A stretch of 64,000 bases of DNA, taken from contig CAJINV010000011.1 in the NCBI GenBank assembly GCA_905178155.1, positions 1,077,982-1,141,981 on the forward strand, given 5' to 3'. The notes under the pieces are model-generated. The model saw nothing but the letters and a program-made list of their open reading frames with translations, had not been told where the DNA came from and ran no database searches. Both the position numbers and the translations under genes were made by a program. This document shows positions 1 through 10,661 of the stretch, in pieces (position 1 is the first letter of the stretch; each line of letters begins with the position of its first letter). The stretch is from Amoebophrya sp. A120 (lineage: Eukaryota > Protista > Dinoflagellata).

Positions 1-1389
1 ATGGTCGCCACTTGGTCTGCGTATTTCGATCGGGTGGCGCCCAAGGCCGCCGGTCTTGCGGCCGGGTACCCCACCGTGCTTGCCGCCGTCCTGGGTTTCG
101 CCGTTGCGGGCTTGATTTTGCGGCAGAAGGCGTCGATCTTCCGGAAAATCGAGAAGGTCATTCTGTTTCCAGTGAATTTCACCGTGCGGGTGGTCGTTGA
201 GCTGATTCTCTTCGTCAATAGCTGCTTTGAAAATTGCACGCTGCGCACCACCGTCGCGGTTGGGAACAAGCACTGGAAAAAAGTCACGGTCGCGGATCCC
301 CACTACCCAGTACAGATCGAGTTCCGGCATTGTTCCACACCAGTACTTCTACCATGTACGGAGGAGAAGGATGTCGAAAAGGACAAGAAGTCGCCCTCCG
401 CCATCGGGGGTGTCACACGAGAAGAAGCGCAGGGGCCACCTGCAACAGAGGGCTCTTGTTCCTCCGCTGCGCTCTCCATCGAGCACCTGTGGTCTTCCAG
501 CGTGGCCCCCTGTACGCAGAAACTGCAACAGCAATCCACCCTCCTCTACGTCGAGCGTGAGCCAGCCTTCACCGGCAGCCGCCAGGGCACCCAGTCGTTG
601 CACGTGCTGCAGAAAATCGTGCAAGGGTCGAGCTTATGCATTGCAAATATGTCTGGGTCTGGAAGGATGCAACCTGTGATGCTGTCTTTGGATTCTGAAA
701 AAATCTGTATTGCGTGACCAACAAGAGGGGTCCATTTTGTGCTACGCGGAGAGGGAATTTCTCATGCGGAATATGCATCAGGAAGCCCTCCAAAAATCTG
801 TGATGCTAGGTCACGCATTACGGGCATCATGCGACATAGAAGATATGCATGACAAACCTGGCTTTCTTCCAGACCCAGACATATTTGCATTTCATAGAGC
901 TTGTGGGACCTGGCCTGTGATGTGCTGTACCGAACCATCGCGGGCGGGACTGGGTATCCTGTGCAAAAGTATCGTACTCGTATTGCGAGCATGCATTACA
1001 AATCTTTGTTGAAAGGTAAATCCGCATTACAAACTTTACTTCTCATGCTGAGGAAATTTGTAATGCATTTATACGAGTGCGATACTTTTGCAGTTCATAC
1101 TGGGTACCAAGCGACAAAAGCGGCCGCGTTTTTCAAGTTCTTGAAAAACTACCGCACGATGGCGCCGCAGCTGGACTACTTGTTCGACCACAGCACGGAT
1201 CTGTACGGAATCGGTTTGACGCACAAGGCGCCGGCGCTGTGCTACCGGTCGGATTTTTTGACGAGAACGGAGAAGAAGGTCGAGGAGGGGGCGCTGGAAT
1301 TAGTGGCGGGGAAGAGTATAATTTGTTCTACATGTGGACTTTTTTAGTACGTGTTTTCTTTCACTAGCGATGATTCTGAATTGGAATAA
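1..1389 (+). CDS. Hypothetical protein with N-terminal hydrophobic segment; 3-4 non-canonical introns (626-725, 808-911, 957-1106, possibly 1302-1382)
   Basis: ORFs 1..717, 710..1012 and 901..1347 join in frame (KIVQ|EGSIL, SVML|ACDVL, GTGY|QATK) when the repeat-bounded inserts are removed. The last exon (ELE*) is uncertain and the gene may start before the window. Confidence 0.65.
626..725 (+). mobile_element. Introner-like non-canonical intron (GG..AG, CAAG direct repeat, GGTC/GACC ends)
   Basis: CAAG at 622-625 and 722-725. Removing 100 nt restores the frame and removes a stop. Homologous to the reverse complement of 809-910. Confidence 0.75.
808..911 (-). mobile_element. Introner-like non-canonical intron, same family as 626-725 but inverted
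   Basis: Ends AGGTC/GACCT. Contains CCAGACCCAGACATATTTGCA, the reverse complement of TGCAAATATGTCTGGGTCTGG in 626-725. Removing 104 nt restores the frame. Confidence 0.75.
957..1106. mobile_element. TIR/direct-repeat introner, 150 nt, in frame
   Basis: ACTGGGTA direct repeat at 949 and 1099; TIR TGCAAAAGTATCG(tactcgtat)/(atacgagtg)CGATACTTTTGCA. Confidence 0.8.
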
Positions 1390-1455
1390 CAGTAGTTTGT
1401 TCCCTTTACTAGCTTTTTTTCATCATCGTAGCGCGGTCGCTCCTGTCAGCGTCGC

Positions 1456-3360
1456 ATGAAGACACAAGAAGATTACGAACTCACATCCTGCTTCAAAACT
1501 AACCCCTCAGGACGCGGGCTCCCCGACTATGGCGAGGAGGTTGAGGCGGTGGAAACCCCGTTAGAGTTCTACCAGCTTTTGAAGCCGCACTTGAAGCAGG
1601 TGATTGCGCCGACGGACGTGCAATCGCTTTTCCGCATCATCCGCCTACATGCGGTTGACGTGAGCAACAGTTCGATGAACAAAAAGGTGAAAAACCGAAT
1701 CCTGGGTTTGTTTGACATCATGGCGTTTCTGCCCCACAGCGACAAGGATCCCAACTGCTTCCTCTCCGTCCACAACGGGCAACTCGAGCTGTACAGCTAC
1801 GACAAAAACGTCCCCGACTGGAGAAAAATAACAGTAAATCGCTTGAGTTTGGAGAACAGCATGCTGTGTGTGAAAAAACGGAACTTTGTGAAATCCGAGA
1901 TGGGGGACTTGGAAACAGTGTCCCTGTGCGGTGGAAAGGGTGCGGGGGAAGCCGGAAGTCAAGCTGATAACAACAGCAGGAAGCAACAAGCGCTGGAGCA
2001 GAGCACGCAGCTGTTGAACAATTTGCGAGATCTGGAGCAGTCCTTGCAAGGAAGTGGACAAGGGAGTTCTGCTGGATCCTCCACTGCAAGCGGGTCATCT
2101 CCGGAAGAATCAACCGCAACAGACGAGGAAAATAAAATGGCGATCGCAGCTAGTTCCTCTTCAACATCTGGTACTGCTGGTTCCACGCAAAACACAATAG
2201 CAACCACAGTAGACCTCACTGAAGAAGAGCAAAACCGCTTTCTGTTCGCGTACCGCGACAACCAGATGTGGGATAGTTTCGAAGCGTTAGAAGAACAGTG
2301 GCGAGCGGATGTTTTCCCTTTGGTTTTGAAACGATTCCCGAAGGGCACCGAGCAACTCGGCGCACTGTACGAGTACGTCGCGGAGTTGATGCAGAGCTCG
2401 CCGGACTCGGTCAAACTCGCGAAGCAGTACGCGAAATTAGCGTTCGTCGAGCGGTTTCGCTTCTTCGGGCCAAACCACGTTTTCACGAAGCGCGCGGCGG
2501 CCCGGCAGAAGGAGGTGCTGAAGATGAAAAGTTTGAAAAAGTTGGTTAATATCGAAGATGAAGCAGTGCCATCAACATCTTCCGACCAGAAAGAAGTTCC
2601 GCAAGAGCTGCTGGAAAAGATGAACAAAAAGACGAAAACAACTCCACCAGTAGCACGGCAAACCGGCCCGAAGAAGAATTTCAGTTTGAAGAGCGTCGGG
2701 GGCAAGAAAGTGAAGACCGCGAGCGGGGAGGAGATTGAGCTGGAGTACGGAATCGAAGAGTACAATGAGATCGCGGAGGAAATGATCCGATTGCATGAAA
2801 CAGAAACATCAAATTCATCTGCAAACACCACCGCACCCGCATCTTCCACCTCGGACGCAGAAGAGAATCCGGTCCCGGATAGCAAGACTTCTTCAAAAGC
2901 AGGATCTACTTCACGAGCAGGGGGTGCAAAGAACGCTGTGATATCGTCGAACACTTCGTCAAAAAAGACCACGATTTCCACACGAAACAACTACAAGCTG
3001 TCCCTCCAGGACAAGGAGAAAATCCGGCACACGAAGGAACACCTCGTCGGGAAGTTGCAAAACTTGAGCGATTTGGTTGCGACGCTGAACAACGAGAAGA
3101 AAAAGCTTTCCGCACTCACGGAAACCATGTCGCAGAGTTTGCAATCGCAGTCCAAATTCAACAGCAAAATGATCGGAGGTGGGGTCCCGCCACAGAACAT
3201 CAATCCGATGAGCAAGCTGGAAATCAGTCCGGCCGGGGAATCCTCTGTTTCCACGCAGGCGTCGCCGCCCCCGGGGAATTTGGATGTCGGAAGCGGCGGT
3301 GGTCATCTGGGAAAAATAAAGCCGCAACCGCGACCGGCAGCGCTGGTGGAGTTGGACTGA
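1456..3360 (+). CDS. Hypothetical protein, 634 aa, with coiled-coil and low-complexity segments
   Basis: Long single ORF with coding-like codon usage; no family recognised. Confidence 0.75.
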   Translation: MKTQEDYELTSCFKTNPSGRGLPDYGEEVEAVETPLEFYQLLKPHLKQVIAPTDVQSLFRIIRLHAVDVSNSSMNKKVKNRILGLFDIMAFLPHSDKDPNCFLSVHNGQLELYSYDKNVPDWRKITVNRLSLENSMLCVKKRNFVKSEMGDLETVSLCGGKGAGEAGSQADNNSRKQQALEQSTQLLNNLRDLEQSLQGSGQGSSAGSSTASGSSPEESTATDEENKMAIAASSSSTSGTAGSTQNTIATTVDLTEEEQNRFLFAYRDNQMWDSFEALEEQWRADVFPLVLKRFPKGTEQLGALYEYVAELMQSSPDSVKLAKQYAKLAFVERFRFFGPNHVFTKRAAARQKEVLKMKSLKKLVNIEDEAVPSTSSDQKEVPQELLEKMNKKTKTTPPVARQTGPKKNFSLKSVGGKKVKTASGEEIELEYGIEEYNEIAEEMIRLHETETSNSSANTTAPASSTSDAEENPVPDSKTSSKAGSTSRAGGAKNAVISSNTSSKKTTISTRNNYKLSLQDKEKIRHTKEHLVGKLQNLSDLVATLNNEKKKLSALTETMSQSLQSQSKFNSKMIGGGVPPQNINPMSKLEISPAGESSVSTQASPPPGNLDVGSGGGHLGKIKPQPRPAALVELD

Positions 3361-4108
3361 GGATTTGCGGGTTGGTGTGGATTGGTGGATATTTTGCGCC
3401 ACAATTTCTATTACTATTTTGCAACTGCTGTTTTCGAAGATCGGGATATTCGTATGTTTACGACAGTGCTACCTACTTTTTTTCAATTTCAAGAAGCGCC
3501 AGCAATCTTCCATCCTTAGAATTCATATTCGAAGCTGAATTAGTACTGGAATCAGGTGCAGCCCGATTGCAATATCAATAAGACACCTGGCGTACAGCAT
3601 GGGAAAACAAAAACTTTGTCAGTAGCAGTACAAGAAACAAGAGCACTCGTTTTTACATGACGTTCCTCCGTGATACGAACGCGCCTCAGGAAGGCAAACT
3701 CAACTGAGTGCCAACGTCTGCTGCTCGCGTGTTCGTCCGGTCTTGGCGGGGGTACGAATAAGTTTGCAAAGCGCGGTGGTGGAGAGCGACACTTGCTGTC
3801 AAGTTTATTTCCGAACATAAGAGTACACTGGCGCGACCTGCTCACACCTTGATTGTATACGCGAACTGCTCAACAATTTACTTCGCGGATGGCGGCGATG
3901 TAGTTGGGGTCTTCAATATCACCATTGCAAAAAAAAACGCAACGTCTTCCCTTCCTTGACGAGAAAAAGAAACATTAAAATTTAATTTGTTTCGAAGTAA
4001 ATTACTAGACTCTGGCAGCGGGCATTGGAATTGGTAGCCATCAATGAACAACAACGAAGCTCTAGCTCTTCGACAGACTTCCTCTCAAGTAGAGCAAACC
4101 CTTATTCT

Positions 4109-7100
4109 ATGCTCCTCTACCATCTGGTGAACCTGATTTTTGCGCAGCTTTTCTTCACTTTTTACCTCGCCCGCGTGCGGAACTTCCTGCACGGGATTGA
4201 GGCGTACAACGATTACGAGCTCGACGAAGCGGGGCTGATTGTGCGAGAACTAGCGGCCTCTGAACAACTTTTTCGGGCGAAATTTCGGCGGCTGAAACAG
4301 CAGGCAAATTTGGATATTGTTCAGACAGCTACCGGAGTGTTATCGGGCGGGGGAGCTCCACGACGTCCTGGGTGTGCTAGAGGTGGAACCGCAGAATTCC
4401 TTGCGACCAGTGCGTTATTTACGAAAACGGAAAAAACGCCACACAACTTCGTAGCTCCGCGAAGTTCTACTCACGCACGGAGACGCACAAGCTTCACATC
4501 GGCAACATCTTCTGTGTGCGGAACAACGAAGCTTCCTTCAGCTCTGGCGGAAAAATGGCGCGAGTGGCAGGAGCAGCGAACTCCTCTGGCGGAAGCCATT
4601 CCACCGGCGCAACCTTCGTCGGAACAGGCATAGGCTATTTGCCGGCGTCGCAAACAGCAACGTCTTCGTCGTCATCGTCGACTTCCCCGATAAGCGGAGG
4701 TTCTCGTGGTGGAGCATTTCCTGCTTCTTTTTCCACCACATCTGCAGGGTCACCGGCCGCTACCTTCCCTTCACCGTCCTGGAGTAGTCTAGTCGCAGGA
4801 GGAGCATCAACTACAAGCGGAACAATGAGCAAGCAGAGTCTAGTATCTGCCTCCGCTCGAGCGTCGTCCGTGCTAGGTGGAGGACCAGGCGGCTCAGCAT
4901 CATCTTCCGCGGCTCTTAGCAAAATGCAGCTTCTGGCCTCGAGTTCTACTTCGGCATCTTCGTCTTCTTCATCAGGAGCAGGAGGTGCTGGTGCTGGTGG
5001 CCCACTGGAAACTTTATATGAGGAGGAAGACGGGGGGCGAGATTTGAGCTGGGAATTTCCGCTAACCGCGGTGGAGACAAGGGCGCGCCTGTTTGATGTC
5101 ATTGAATTCGAAAATGGCACCTATCGGGAGGAGCTGCAGGTACTGGAAGTAGAACTTGTTATTTTACACCGATAAAGTGACGAGCGCTCCGTGGTCCGTG
5201 GTGCGCAGGAGCAAATACAAATTTGATATCATTTCTTATTATGAAACTTCAGATGAACGAGGAGCTGATCCGGGGCTTGCTGAGAGGTCCACCTCTAGAG
5301 GTCGACCTCTACAGGTCTTGTCCCAAAACCGCCTACAGATTGCGACCCAAAAGTCATTTCTTTCTGCTCATACAAGAACACTACGTGGTTTGTCTGCTTT
5401 GCAAGCAGGCCTGTGTTGTTGTTCTTCTTGCACGCGCGACCGGCCTGCCGTCTCGAAGACGGAAGCAAAAAAGCGACCAATCTCGCGCGGGTTGGGAGGG
5501 GCACAGAAACAACCACCGGAATGCCTGTCGCGTTCAGGCGGTGAAGGCAGGTGGGGCGGCCGCCTACTTTCATAAATATTCTTTCATCAGCTTTGCATGT
5601 AAGTAGTAAAAAAAGGTAGAGGATCTGGACCAAGTAAGCGCGCTGCTGCAGGGGTGCCTGCTACTGGGAAGCAAAAGGCGTGGCGGAGCCCTGCTACTAC
5701 AGCGGTGCGCGCGATTTACAAATAGCGCCAGCAGGTGCGCAGCGGTTCACAGGGTTGCAGCTGTGTTGTATGTACCAAGCGACCACCGTGACCCCTACCT
5801 CCACAAACCGCAGCTACAGGTAGCCGAAACGTATGTACCCCGAAGAGCGGCACCCTGGCCCTAGCTGCGCGGGGGTGGATGCAATGATGTGAAAACAGAG
5901 AGGGCGGTCGCACCTGCTGCGGATTTCTAGTCCCCAGCCGATAGGGGGCGCGCCTGTCACCGAATGCAACGAGAACAACCTGGAGGGCGCGCGCTTATTT
6001 TCTGCCTCGATTGCTGGGCCCTGCCCCTGCTTCTCGTTCTGGCACTACAGGCGCCGCCCGGGCCAAGCGTTCTAAGTTTTGGGCTGCTGCTGGCGGTTTG
6101 CGCCAGCGAGTTTTCTTTTGGGTTTTTCTTCTCTTTGTCTTTTGTTCGTGCTTTTGCGAGCATCGGATACCTGAAGTACTTACACACTTTGCTGCATTGC
6201 CTTTTGCTGCTTGGCAGGACAACTGAAGTTTTTTTCGTGCGTCGGCTGCCCTTCCCGCCAAAACCCCTCGCCAAGAAGGCGCCTTCCCTTCGGCCAAGCT
6301 TCTTTATCTAGCCGCTCCCAGGAGATCTAGTTGCTGCAGTGCTATTGTTCTATTGTTATGTGCAGATCCCCGCGCCGCTGTGTCTGCACTGCGGCGCGAG
6401 CCCCAAATATGATTTCTTATTATGAAACTTCAGATGAACGAGGAGCTGATCCGGGGGTTGCTGGATGCACCGCTCGTGCTACATGCGGCAGGCACAGGCT
6501 GCTCCGCCCGAGGCCGCCCGCCGGCCCTTTCTGAACATGCGGCGTGGCCCCGATCACAGGCTTGTGGGCAAATGCTTCGCGCATGGGCTCGCCCTCGAGA
6601 ACAATGCGCGGCCCACACAGATTTTCTGTCCCCAACACCCCCAGGCCCGAACCTGTTTACTGGGCAGAAAGAATCGCGGGAAGCGCGCTGCTGTGGCCTT
6701 TGGCTGTCTGAACCAACGCGGCCTGGCGTGCCTGCAGCGAGCCCTCCCCCCGCAACCTGGGAAGCAACGCAGGCCGGCTACGTGCACAGATTGCGCTCGT
6801 TCGCCCGCTGGCGCTGCCCGTGGTTGTGGCCACTCCAAGCGCGCGCCCGAGGATGCATGGCGCGCAATCTTTCCCGGCGCCCTGATTCGAGACGCTTGGC
6901 AGAGTAGGACGGCGCGCGCATTTCCTTGGCAGGGGCTGCGGTCAGTGGGCCTTTCTTGGAACGGTGGAGGGTCTGGCACTGGCACGGGTTCAGAATATGA
7001 CTGCCCCGCTCGCAAGCGCAAAGCCCTGCAGGGTCTGTGCGTCCGCGGCTGGAACCGCACGTAGCCGGAGGGCTGGCCCTGACTCTAGGTCTGGGCCTCG

Positions 7101-9629
7101 CGGTTGGGCGGGGGTGTTGCGCGCAATGAATGTGTTTCGTCGGGCGCGAGCTTTGGCTTTTGCCGAAGGAATCGCCGGCCCGCCTTTGGCCGGAGGCCAA
7201 ATGGTTTGCCTAGGACGGCAGCCGCGGGCACTTGCAGTGCTTTTTAAGGGTCAGCAGCAAGAGCGAGAGCGGCGCGGCCCCCGCCGGCCCGGCCCGTAAT
7301 AACGCAGGCGCCGGGGCCAGCGTATTTCCCCCGCGCTTTTGCATGTGAATGGAAGGGCAGAGGCGGCCGGCTCTCTCGTTTGGGTCTTGTGCCTGACAAG
7401 CTGCGGCGTGTGCTCGGTTGTCAAAAAGGGGCGACTTTCGTGCTACTAATTTCATTCCATTGCCATTCCCGAACCTGCGCTGCGTCACGTTTGGTGTTGC
7501 AGAGCCATTATCCAGATGGGCGCCGTGCGCGCCCCGACCCTTCAGAACCCTAGTCCCCTTGCGCGCTCTGGTTCTCTAGTTATGTGGAATATTTCGCGCC
7601 GTTGTGCGCCCTCCACGGCGGCGCGAGCCCCAAATATGATTTCTTATTATGAAACTTCAGATGAATGAGGAGCTGATCCGGGGGTTGCTGGAGGAGAACA
7701 AGAAACTGACAGAGGATTTGCGAGCCCTGGAGGACGACGCCTTGGAGCAGTTGCAGCATAGCAAAAAGGAGCAAGAGGCGGATGTGGTACCGTGCTTGAA
7801 GATGCCGCAGTTCTTCTTTTTGGTGTTGATTTGCATTGTTTTTGGTAGATCAATTTATTACCTCGTCCAGGCAGCACACACTAATTGACCAGATTGTTCC
7901 CTGCTTTCAATACAAATTCTAATTGATGAAATTTCAATTTACGAAAAAACTTCCAGGAGCAGCTCCGCGCCCAGACCATCGCGCTGGAGAAAACTTTGTC
8001 CACCGAGAGATCCTTGAAGGAATCGCTGCAGCAAACCACTGCGATGCAGCAGCAGAAGCAGCAGAGGGATCTCGAGCAGAAAGAGCAGGAGGTGCTGAAG
8101 TGGAAACAGAAGTTGGAGCAACACGAAGAGATTTTGAAGCAGACGAAGGAAAAAGTGGAAGCGAAGAACCACAAGGCGGAAACCGAGCAGGTCCGGCGAA
8201 CGGAATTGGAACGGAAGCTGCAGGACCGGGCGAAATCTATGACGTGCAAAAGTACCGTTAGTAGTAATTGCAATACAAATTCACGCAGCATGACAAATGG
8301 AATCTGTCATGCTGTTTTACCTTGGGATGGAGATTTGTAATGCATGGCTGCAATTACTATCAGTGCGGTAGCGGTACTTTTGCAGTAGATAAAATCCGAA
8401 ACCGTGCAAAAGAACACACTGCGGGACTTGGAGCAGCGTTCGGGCGAGCAGAAGAAGACGATCAAGAATTTAAGAACGATGTTGGAGGAGAAGGAGAAGG
8501 AGAATGTGAAGCTGAAAAACGACTTGAAAAAAGTGGAGATGAAAAGCTTGCAATTAGTGCACCAGCACCAGCAGCAGCCGAAGAGTTCTTTATTGCTGTC
8601 TTCAAAGAGCCTCTCAGGCAGTGCGTCGATGTCCGCTTTACCGAGAGCAGAAGACGTCGGGATCTTAGGTGGAACAACGGGGGGATTTGTGGCAGCTGCG
8701 CACCAAGACCCGGACGCAAGCTCCTCCATCCCGAGTGAGGCGCAAACGCCCCGTGCGGTTGTTATAGCCGGCGTAACAAGTAGTAGCACTACGACCAGCA
8801 AGCAAAGCAAGAATGCCAGGCGGAACGCCAGAAGACGCAACAGCATCAGCGCGTTGGATCACGACCAGGATTTCGGGCTGGACCGACGACAGACGACTGC
8901 AGGTGTAGCAGAGCCACAAGGCGACGGTCGTTTGCAATTTCAAACAACCAGGTTGCAACTGGATGCGGACCACGCTGGGGAGCAAGAACTACACCAACAG
9001 GCTTCCCACAGCCCAGCAGCCTCCAGCACACGGACTCCGGCAGCTTCAGCGACTAGTCGGATGACCTGCAAATTCAAGCTCTCTACTGCATCCGTCGGTG
9101 GTGCGCAGGGGGCTATTTCCCCGTTGAACAAGCCACTTGGCGCTGCTGGTGTAAAAGTCGAACAAGACGACGCAACTCCGAGCACGGTGGCGCCATCATC
9201 CACCCTCGCGTCACCGAGTCTGTCGTGTGGAACAATCACCACAAACACGGCAAAACTTACCGGCAAAGCCGCAAAGCAGGTCTTGAAGAAGGGACGACAG
9301 AAAGGCAATAATAAAGCAGCCGCACTGATGAAAAGGAATGAAGCTCCTGTCGTGCTGCTGGGCAAGAAACCTGCGGGTATATCTCTTTCTAAGTACTACC
9401 GACCTCTTCGTGCGTTTGTGATGATCCATGATGATCTCAACATCTGCTGTCAACAAAAATATATCGTTTCACTATTTCAGGCTCATCGACGGATACCGCA
9501 GCTCACGAGGTCATTACTGGGCTGCAAGCGTCGCTCAAACGGGAAAAGTCCCTGAAATCCCTCGTGCTGGTGGTCGGTACGGTCCTGATCCTGGGCTGCG
9601 CGATCCTGAATAGCTCGTTGCTCAAATGA
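4109..9629 (+). CDS. Multi-exon coiled-coil protein with C-terminal transmembrane anchor (golgin-like architecture)
   Basis: Inferred introns: 4304-4380 (GC-AG, tentative), 5140-7660 (GT-AG), 7787-7956 (GT-AG), 8238-8396 (non-canonical), 9377-9480 (GT-AG). The spliced frame is continuous and ends SLVLVVGTVLILGCAILNSSLLK*. Confidence 0.6.
5231..7690 (+). repeat. Three direct copies of a 52-bp intron-end/exon-start unit (5231-5282, 6412-6463, 7639-7690) with unique ~1.1-kb spacers
   Basis: ATTTCTTATTATGAAACTTCAG|ATGAAYGAGGAGCTGATCCGGGGSTTGCTG occurs three times; only copy 3 continues into the coiled-coil exon. Confidence 0.9.
8238..8396. mobile_element. TIR/direct-repeat introner, 159 nt
   Basis: AAATC direct repeat (8233, 8392); TIR TGCAAAAGTACCG/CGGTACTTTTGCA, related to 957-1106. 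Removal deletes a stop and joins RAKS|ETVQK. Confidence 0.85.
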
Positions 9630-10661
9630 TTTTTTGATGTTGAAGATGTCCTGAACGCCAACTCGTCGCGGGAGGCCGACAACTTCTTTGAATGAATTAA
9701 ATTTTTTGAATGAAAACGAAATTGTTGAGAAGATGAGAGTGGTTGTGTTGCCGCTTCGTCTCTGAAGACTGCGGGTATGGGAGGAATTCTTGCTTTGGAT
9801 ATTAGCACGCATCGTCCTCTCAACTCACGACCACGTGTCGCAGTCGCTACATCGACCTGTGAGTGTTGAAATGAATTCTTGCTTATCTTGTTTTTTGTCA
9901 CGGTTGCGACCACCGCTTTCTTCCATTACTTGTACAGATTGGCCGCGAAATCCTCTGTCACCCTCCAGAGACGACCGGAAAATAGAACAGCTTCTAGAAT
10001 GCCAAATGCGAATAAGTCCGAGAATGCATGTATCATCAGGTAACCGTAAGTAGAGGAGGAGGTATCCTATCGCTTCTCGTATCAACAAGTTAGCAGCTAC
10101 GATAACTACTTGCTGTGACACAAATTCGTTGTTCGACACTACGAACTAGAGCTTGTGTGCAATCGCGTCTGAGAGTTGCCCCGACTGATGTATGTAACAT
10201 TGTGTTAGCCAACTACGTGTGCGTTTTTAGATCGTCTCGCGCGAGCTGCTGTCCGACCGAGCTGGAGCAAGAGGAGTCGCTTGGTATACACGACTGAGTT
10301 TCTTGGTGCTTTTAGTTCCAACCTCGATTGAACCAATGCGTTTGATGCCGTCCAGGACCTTTTGTAAAATTATGCTTTCTTCCTGTCACTACACTACCCG
10401 TACCCTGCTGTCCCTAACATCCCTATTAACCCATGAACATCCTTAAGAACTCCGAGAAACTGGAAATGCAGAAAGTGGTAGGCTTTCTGTGCAAGGTGTT
10501 GTAGCTGGCCCGTCGATTTTTGCCCATATCATACCATCTGCCTCATTAGAGAACAGCAACAGCCCCCCGCGTCGAGACACTTATCGCCGTCATTTTTCCT
10601 CTGCGCAGTACCAAAGGAGCCCAAGTCCAAGACATAACTGCCCCGGAAATACTGAGTTAAG

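Noticed and set aside
798-922. CTGTGATG repeat as the intron 2 boundary
   Set aside because: Removing 117 nt does not give the needed frame change; the 104-nt AGGTC/GACCT model does.
1959-2990. Long minus-strand ORFs (also 12194-12895, 40147-41058, 60851-61804)
   Set aside because: Antisense shadows of GC-rich + strand genes; no motifs.
5231-7690. CRISPR array interpretation of the repeat-spacer structure
   Set aside because: Eukaryotic context, spacers over 1 kb, the repeat is a host intron/exon junction, and there are no cas genes.
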